A DNA stretch of 64,000 nt from an uncultured delta proteobacterium (lineage in GTDB: Bacteria > Myxococcota > Myxococcia > Myxococcales > Anaeromyxobacteraceae). Below the pieces are notes generated by a model. That model ran no database searches. It was not told where the DNA came from and was given only the letters and a program-made list of their open reading frames with translations. Both the position numbers and the translations under genes were made by a program. Location: contig CAWHDZ010000040.1 of the NCBI GenBank assembly GCA_963828255.1, positions 160,001-224,000 of the forward strand. Reading direction: 5' to 3'. How positions within the stretch are numbered: position 1 is the stretch's first letter; each line of letters opens with the position of its first letter. Positions 59,083 to 64,000 of this stretch are shown piece by piece.

Positions 59083-59262
59083 GATCCTCCGGACTCTCCG
59101 GAATCCTCCGGCTGACTCTCCGGGCGGCCACGGGTGGAAGGAGAGACCCGGAGTAGCCCGATACTCCGGACTCTCCCGTCCCTATAGGTCGGAGTATTTC
59201 TCCGGAGGGTTTTCCGGAGGATTGAGGAGGGGTCACGATTCGGACCCTCCGGAATCGTCCGG
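59083..59262. repeat. Iteron cluster (about 9 CTCCGG/CCGGAG copies), candidate replication origin
   Basis: Copies at 59087, 59096, 59106, 59118, 59148 (rc), 59164, 59200, 59214 (rc), 59247, at the 3' end of the helicase gene. Confidence 0.65.
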
Positions 59263-60714
59263 GACCGGGTCGCCGTTGATGGCGCGGCGCGGGTCGTTCC
59301 CGAGGGCGAGGGTGATGCCGCGCTTGTTGCGGGTGGCGATCTTGAGGACGCCCCGGGTGAGGGCGACCTCGATCAGGGGGTACACAGCGTCACGGGGCAG
59401 CCCCAACTCCCCGTGGCGCTGGTGAAGCATGTGGCGCGATACGGGGCCGGTCTGGAGGAAGTCCTCGACCTTCTCGTACAGGTGGCGCAGTTGCCCCCAC
59501 ACGCGCTGGCGGTCCAACTCCACTCGGGCCGCGTTGCGCTGTGCCTGCTCCGGGTTGAGGGCGACGTCGTCGGGCAGGCTGAATACCGCGCCGAATCCCC
59601 CGTCGCAGCGGACCAAGGTGATCGGCGCGTGGCGACGAGTCGACGGAGACGGCTTACCGTGTCCCAGGACGACGAGGTCGTCAGCGGGGAAGCGGTCCGC
59701 CCACGGCTTCGCCTCGTCGCTGCTGGCCGGGAACACGGTCAGGACGTTGCGGGAATTCATGGTGAATGCCCCGCCGCCCCGGGCCGACTCGATGGCGCTG
59801 TCGTTGTCCTTCGACGCGGCTTTCGTCGGGTGGTGAATGCAGATCACGGCCGCGCCAGTAGCCCGGGCGATGCGCCCGAGGGCCGACTGAAGTGCGCTCA
59901 TGGCGGCGTTGTCCTCGTCGTCGACGAGGCGTGATGCCGTCTCGATGAGGATCAGCTTGGCTCCGACACCCAGGGCCGCCTCGATGATGGCGTCGGCCTC
60001 GGCCGTCGGCCGGGCCTCACGTCGAGACTCGGATCCGAGGCGAACGGTGACGACCTCGGAGAGACGGGCGACGCCCTCGGACTTGTCGACGACCCAGATG
60101 CGGTTGAGTGCGCCCTCGACGTTGATCGTCGTCGCCTGGGAGATGGCGGCGGCCTTCCGCACCCAGTCGTCGAGGGAATCCTCGGCGGAGTAGACGAGGA
60201 CGGGGCCGCCTCCCGGGTAGAGGGGCAGGCCCCAGATTCTTTCTTCACCGGCAGCGAAGGCGAAGACCACCTGCGCCGCGAGGGCCGACTTCCCGACCGA
60301 CTGTGGACCGAAGAGGACCGACGACTTTCCGAACGGGATCATGCCGTCGAGGACGAACTCCTCGACGGGAGGGTTCCGCACGTCGGCGATCAAGATTGAC
60401 CGCAAGTCGAGGGTGGGCTTCGGGGCGGCCGCGAGCGACGCGGCCGCCTCACGCAGGAGGTCGACGCCGTTCTCTATAAGCTGGCGCTGCGCCTCCACAT
60501 CCCCAGCGCGGGCGAGGATGCGGAGGCGATCCTCGTCCCTCGTGATGTCTTCCCATCGGCGCTTCGCCGCCCACGCTCTCTCTCTGATCTTGCGTTCCTC
60601 GGGGGTGACTGGTTCCTCGTCGGGCAACTGTGTCGACATGTAGGCGCGCGTCGTCTCGAAGCGCTCGCGGATCTCGCGCTGCACGTCCTCGTCGCTGCGC
60701 TCGTCGGGACTCAC
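59233..60714 (-). CDS. RepA-like (AAA_25, SF4) replicative helicase
   Basis: Walker A FGPQSVGKS, VLVYSAED, Walker B LILIETAS, IHHPTK, ARGGGAF; GTGA-coupled start. Confidence 0.85.
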   Translation of the reverse strand: MSPDERSDEDVQREIRERFETTRAYMSTQLPDEEPVTPEERKIRERAWAAKRRWEDITRDEDRLRILARAGDVEAQRQLIENGVDLLREAAASLAAAPKPTLDLRSILIADVRNPPVEEFVLDGMIPFGKSSVLFGPQSVGKSALAAQVVFAFAAGEERIWGLPLYPGGGPVLVYSAEDSLDDWVRKAAAISQATTINVEGALNRIWVVDKSEGVARLSEVVTVRLGSESRREARPTAEADAIIEAALGVGAKLILIETASRLVDDEDNAAMSALQSALGRIARATGAAVICIHHPTKAASKDNDSAIESARGGGAFTMNSRNVLTVFPASSDEAKPWADRFPADDLVVLGHGKPSPSTRRHAPITLVRCDGGFGAVFSLPDDVALNPEQAQRNAARVELDRQRVWGQLRHLYEKVEDFLQTGPVSRHMLHQRHGELGLPRDAVYPLIEVALTRGVLKIATRNKRGITLALGNDPRRAINGDPVPDDSGGSES

Positions 60715-60920
60715 GCGGCACCCGCCGCCGGACTGATGCTCGCCGACACCTCGGGGTCGCAGCGGCACCCGCCGCCCGCCAGCTTCGGGCACTCCGCGTC
60801 GTGGGCGACGTCGATGAGGACGACGGACCCGGGCGCGAGGCCGCCCGCTGCCCAGACGGCGGCGGCGAAGTCACGCTCGTTCCAGCCCCGGGCCCACTTC
60901 ACCACCCGTGCGCCAGTCAT
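60711..60920 (-). CDS. Small protein with HDxxCP...CxCxP putative Zn-binding motif
   Basis: ATGA and GTGA overlaps on both sides; VAHDAECPKLAGGGCRCDP. Confidence 0.65.
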   Translation of the reverse strand: MTGARVVKWARGWNERDFAAAVWAAGGLAPGSVVLIDVAHDAECPKLAGGGCRCDPEVSASISPAAGAA

Positions 60921-61159
60921 GCCGGGCCGGTGGTGGCGTGCGCGAGGTTGCGGGACGGCGGCGCGGTCTTCTCGTTGGCGGCTTCCCACCTCTCGATTTC
61001 GTCGATCCACCACAGCCTGCGGACGCCGAGATAGTGCGGCTTCGGGAACCCGCAGAATCCGGGCGCACCGTCCGTGTACCAGCGACGAAGGGTCGAGGCG
61101 TCGACGTTGCCGAGACGCTGTAGGAGATCCCGGGCTTGGATGCGGTGGCGCTGCGTCAT
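60917..61159 (-). CDS. AlpA/excisionase-like HTH protein
   Basis: VDASTLRRW...FPKPHYLG.RRLWWIDEIERW; GGAGGTGA RBS. Confidence 0.8.
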   Translation of the reverse strand: MTQRHRIQARDLLQRLGNVDASTLRRWYTDGAPGFCGFPKPHYLGVRRLWWIDEIERWEAANEKTAPPSRNLAHATTGPA

Positions 61160-61266
61160 CGGTTCACCTCCCAGCGCAAGTGCGCTGTGAGTGAACGCTA
61201 CTCGGGGAAGGGGCGGCTTGTACGGGCGCAACTACGCGCGACCGGCGGTCCTGCGCACTTCCCCGA

Positions 61267-61995
61267 TCAGCGGCGAGGTGCCTTCCGGGGGCGGCCGTGA
61301 GGGCGGGCGCCGAGACGTCCGCACTTCACGCCCTCCTTCCACAGGTCGTCCAGCTTTCGAGCGGAGACTCCCAGCTTGGCGGCGATGGAGTCGCTGTACC
61401 TCTCGCCGTCCGCGACAAGAGCCACGAGGTCGTCGAGTAGCGTCGCGTCGCGGTCCCTGGCCTTCTTCGTCCTCGCGCCGCTGCCCTTCTTCGACGTCTC
61501 GGTGCGCTGTGCGGCGCGTCCTTCCTCGTGACCCTCGACACGGCCCGTCTTGTGACCCTCGGCGCGCCCTTCCTCTCGTTCCTCGCCTTCCTCAACGTCG
61601 CGGGCGCGCTGCGTGTAGTCGTGCAGTTCCTCCGATTCTTCGCGCGTGCGTCGCGCCGACGGCGTCAGGTGTTCGAGGACGCCGGGCGGCACCGGCTTCG
61701 GGCGCTTCCGCGCGTCGGCAACAGCACGACGCCGGGTCGACAAGGGGGCCGCCGGTCCGGGGACCGTGCCGCGTTCGTCGTCCTTGCGGCGCGCAGCGAT
61801 GCCTGCCGCGTGTTCGGCGTTGGTCGCTTCGGCTTCCTCACGCGCCTCCTCGGTCGTGAGGCGTCCGGGCCCGCCACCGCGAAAGCCTGTAGACGCCGCC
61901 CGCTGGACAGCCGCGACGAGGTCGTCGGCGGTCACGTCGGGATCGAAGAGCAGCCACGTGGGCACCGCGCCCTTCTTCTCTCCCGGGCCCGTCAC
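61267..61995 (-). CDS. Hypothetical charged protein with C-terminal HTH-like segment
   Basis: GTGA overlap with the integrase stop; SDSIAAKLGVSARKLDDLW. Confidence 0.6.
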   Translation of the reverse strand: MTGPGEKKGAVPTWLLFDPDVTADDLVAAVQRAASTGFRGGGPGRLTTEEAREEAEATNAEHAAGIAARRKDDERGTVPGPAAPLSTRRRAVADARKRPKPVPPGVLEHLTPSARRTREESEELHDYTQRARDVEEGEEREEGRAEGHKTGRVEGHEEGRAAQRTETSKKGSGARTKKARDRDATLLDDLVALVADGERYSDSIAAKLGVSARKLDDLWKEGVKCGRLGARPHGRPRKAPRR

Positions 61996-63347
61996 GACCG
62001 CACCGCCTTCGGGTGCGCGACGACGTCCGCGCCCTTGCCGGTGACGAGGTGCATCACGTGGGCGTCCCACCTCGCCAGCGCGTCCCGACGTTCGTCGAGG
62101 TAGTCGTGCGTGTCGTAGATCGCGACGATGCGCCCGAGGCTGTGACCGAGGCATGCCTCGGCGACGTGCGGCGCGACCCCGAGCGCGGCGAGGCCCGTGC
62201 GGACCGTCCTCCGAAGATCGTGCGGCGTCGGCCTCTCGCCCTTGAAGGTGAGGGCAGGGGACTCGCCCTCGAAGAGGCGGCGCATGGAGTGATTCAGACT
62301 CTTGTCGGTCAGCGCCTTGCCCGCGCCAGCGAAGGACGCGAGGACGTACCGGGAGTCGATGCTGTCGGCGAGCGCCTTCAACTCGCGGAAGATGGCGAGC
62401 GCGGTCGGCGGCAGCGGGATGCGGAGCGGCTTCGCCGCCCTGGCGGCACGGATGGTCAGCTTCCTATGCTCGGCCGGGATCGTCCACATCGGCCTGCGGT
62501 CGGCCTCGGGCTTCGGCTGGCCGTTGGGCAGCACGTCGTCGAAGTTGACCTCGGGCCACTCGGCGAGGAGTAGCTCGCCGGACCTCACCCCGAGCAAGAG
62601 CAGGAGGCGCAGGGCGTTTTTGACCGTGGGCGTGCGGCTGTTGCCGAGCGCCGTCCAGAATGCCGGGATCTCGTCGGCCGACAGCACGCGGTCGCAGACG
62701 TTGTGGACGACTCCCAGGGCCCCCGCGTCGAGCGGCTCGGCAGGGTTCACGACGATGTCGCCGCGGCCCTGCGCGAAGCGGAACAACTGCCCGACGACTT
62801 GGAGCACGCGACCGGCGTGCGTCGCCGCGCCCCGGTTCACCACGCCATCGACGAGGCGGCGCACGTCCGGGGTGGTGATTGAAGCGACGGGGCGGCCCCC
62901 GAGCACGGGGAGGACGTCGCGCTTGAGCACGTCGTCCACGACCTCGGGGCGGCGGCGGCGGCGGGCGATGTACGGGCGGAATGCCTCCGCGAGGTCGCGC
63001 ACCGTGAGCGCGCCCTCGGCGAGGTGGGCGGGCTTCGCGCGGGGCGGGTTCCACTCGGCGACGAGGGCGTCGAGGGTGCCCGCCTTGTGCGCCGCCTTCG
63101 CCTTGTCGAGGCGAGCGCGCGCCTGATTCACGCTGACGTGCCCGGCGCGGGGCTTCGGCGACCACCGGCCGATGGTGATCCACTTCACCCGGCCGTCGAC
63201 CTTGACGCCCCATCGAAAGACGCGGACGCCGCTCGCGGTGACGCGCAGGCGCAGCCCGGGCGCGCCATCGTCGGTGTGCTCGCCGGGCGGCAAGGTTGCG
63301 ACCAACTTGTCGGAGAGTGCTACTGCGGTAGTCTCGGTGTCAGCCAT
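61992..63347 (-). CDS. Tyrosine integrase (P4-like, arm-binding N-domain)
   Basis: N-terminal PGLRLRVTASG..WITIGRW; catalytic R (GVRSGE), HxxR (PHDLRRT), H (LGH), Y (AIYD); GGAGG RBS. Confidence 0.95.
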   Translation of the reverse strand: MADTETTAVALSDKLVATLPPGEHTDDGAPGLRLRVTASGVRVFRWGVKVDGRVKWITIGRWSPKPRAGHVSVNQARARLDKAKAAHKAGTLDALVAEWNPPRAKPAHLAEGALTVRDLAEAFRPYIARRRRRPEVVDDVLKRDVLPVLGGRPVASITTPDVRRLVDGVVNRGAATHAGRVLQVVGQLFRFAQGRGDIVVNPAEPLDAGALGVVHNVCDRVLSADEIPAFWTALGNSRTPTVKNALRLLLLLGVRSGELLLAEWPEVNFDDVLPNGQPKPEADRRPMWTIPAEHRKLTIRAARAAKPLRIPLPPTALAIFRELKALADSIDSRYVLASFAGAGKALTDKSLNHSMRRLFEGESPALTFKGERPTPHDLRRTVRTGLAALGVAPHVAEACLGHSLGRIVAIYDTHDYLDERRDALARWDAHVMHLVTGKGADVVAHPKAVRS

Positions 63348-63413
63348 GGCGACCCTCCCGTGGTCGTTCCTGGTCAGGGCCTCGGGGCGGTTGGCGCCGC
63401 CCCGGGGTCCGTC

Positions 63414-63524
63414 TGGTTTACCTGCGGCATGCCCGGCGACAGGTGGTTTACCTGCGGCCGTCCGCAGGGAAACTTTCGATGGGTGATGGCATGGTCGGGC
63501 ACGCAGAGGCATTATCGCAGGAAA
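63414..63524. repeat. Candidate integrase arm-type sites
   Basis: TGGTTTACCTGCGGC at 63414 and 63444 (30-bp spacing); related inverted copies at about 63462 and about 63516. Confidence 0.55.
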
Positions 63525-63596
63525 CCAGCTTCCCGCAAGCGTTCCGTGAGAAATCGTGGAGGAGAGTGCCGCACCGTGCCCGGGCACTTTTTCAAG

Positions 63597-63642
63597 TTGA
63601 CACGGTAGGGGTCCGCGGTTCGATACCGCGCGGGCCTACCAA
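63597..63642 (+). repeat. att site (46-bp duplicate of the tRNA-Val 3' part)
   Basis: TTGACACGGTAGGGGTCCGCGGTTCGATACCGCGCGGGCCTACCAA, identical to 52315-52360; the tRNA 5' half is absent. Confidence 0.95.
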
Positions 63643-63648
63643 GAACAC

Positions 63649-63683
63649 GGGGGTCTGGCCGAAAGGCCGGGCCCCCTTTTCTT
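63649..63683 (+). terminator. Intrinsic terminator (probably the original tRNA terminator displaced by integration)
   Basis: GGGGGTCTGGCC-GAAA-GGCCGGGCCCCC-TTTT. Confidence 0.8.
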
Positions 63684-63737
63684 GCCCGGGACTCCCGACG
63701 GGCACTCCAACCGGTGACGGCAGCGGGGGCAGGAGAG

Positions 63738-63935
63738 ATGGCGAACATGCTGAAGGTCGGGCAGAGGGTGACCGTCCGGCACGGGTTCCTCTGGCGGAAG
63801 ATCGGGATCGGGACCACCCGCGCCACGTACCAGAAGGAGGGGCGGCTCTTCGCCTCCGTGGAACTCGACGGGAGCGGGAAGCTCCTGCCCGGGCTCGTGA
63901 GCCAGATCCGCGCCCTCGGCGAGGAGAGGAGTTGA
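63738..63935 (+). CDS. Small hypothetical protein (65 aa, LKVGQRV start suggestive of an SH3/KOW-like fold)
   Basis: AGGAG RBS, host-like codon usage. Confidence 0.6.
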   Translation: MANMLKVGQRVTVRHGFLWRKIGIGTTRATYQKEGRLFASVELDGSGKLLPGLVSQIRALGEERS

Positions 63936-64000
63936 TCGCGCAATGCCCCGCCGCGGATACCGAAAAGGGAACGTTCACGACTTCGGAGGGTGGACTGGAC

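Noticed and set aside
63597..63642. Second tRNA-Val gene
   Set aside because: Only the 3' 46 nt are present, with no D arm or 5' acceptor strand; it is the att duplicate.

Overview
High-GC (visually about 70% or more) bacterial DNA whose gene content points to an Anaeromyxobacter-like Myxococcota genome (inference). 1-26.8 kb holds housekeeping and accessory genes: the 3' part of ilvD, an HNH nuclease, a Thermus-type homocitrate synthase behind a 1551-aa acyl-CoA-ligase/kinase-like/GNAT fusion, a thioesterase, PGI, a hexaheme NapC-type cytochrome, ribA, a BldC-type HTH/B12 (CarH-like) regulator, a TonB-ExbBD-TBDR operon, hemF and purU. 26.8-46 kb is a respiratory and regulatory cluster: three CXXCH-containing sensor kinases, two sigma54 activators, four sigma54-type promoters, a HybA/HybB-like module with multiheme cytochromes (including a split CbcL-like pair), a B12 radical SAM protein and hemA. 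46-52 kb holds an RpoH-like sigma factor, a degenerate kinase, a stand-alone rplC, typA, glyoxalase-family genes and a pgsA-like gene. 52.3-63.6 kb is an about 11.3 kb element integrated in tRNA-Val(GAC) and bounded by a perfect 46-bp direct repeat. Its layout resembles a phage satellite (PICI): integrase, HTH protein, AlpA, Zn mini-protein, RepA-type helicase, iteron ori, TerS and GTA-type TerL, with an MmeI-like type IIL restriction-modification gene as cargo. The centre of this element (about 55.6-58.5 kb) is heavily frameshifted around an A/T-only stretch that is most likely a sequencing or assembly artefact. All assignments come from reading motifs by eye; no searches were run.
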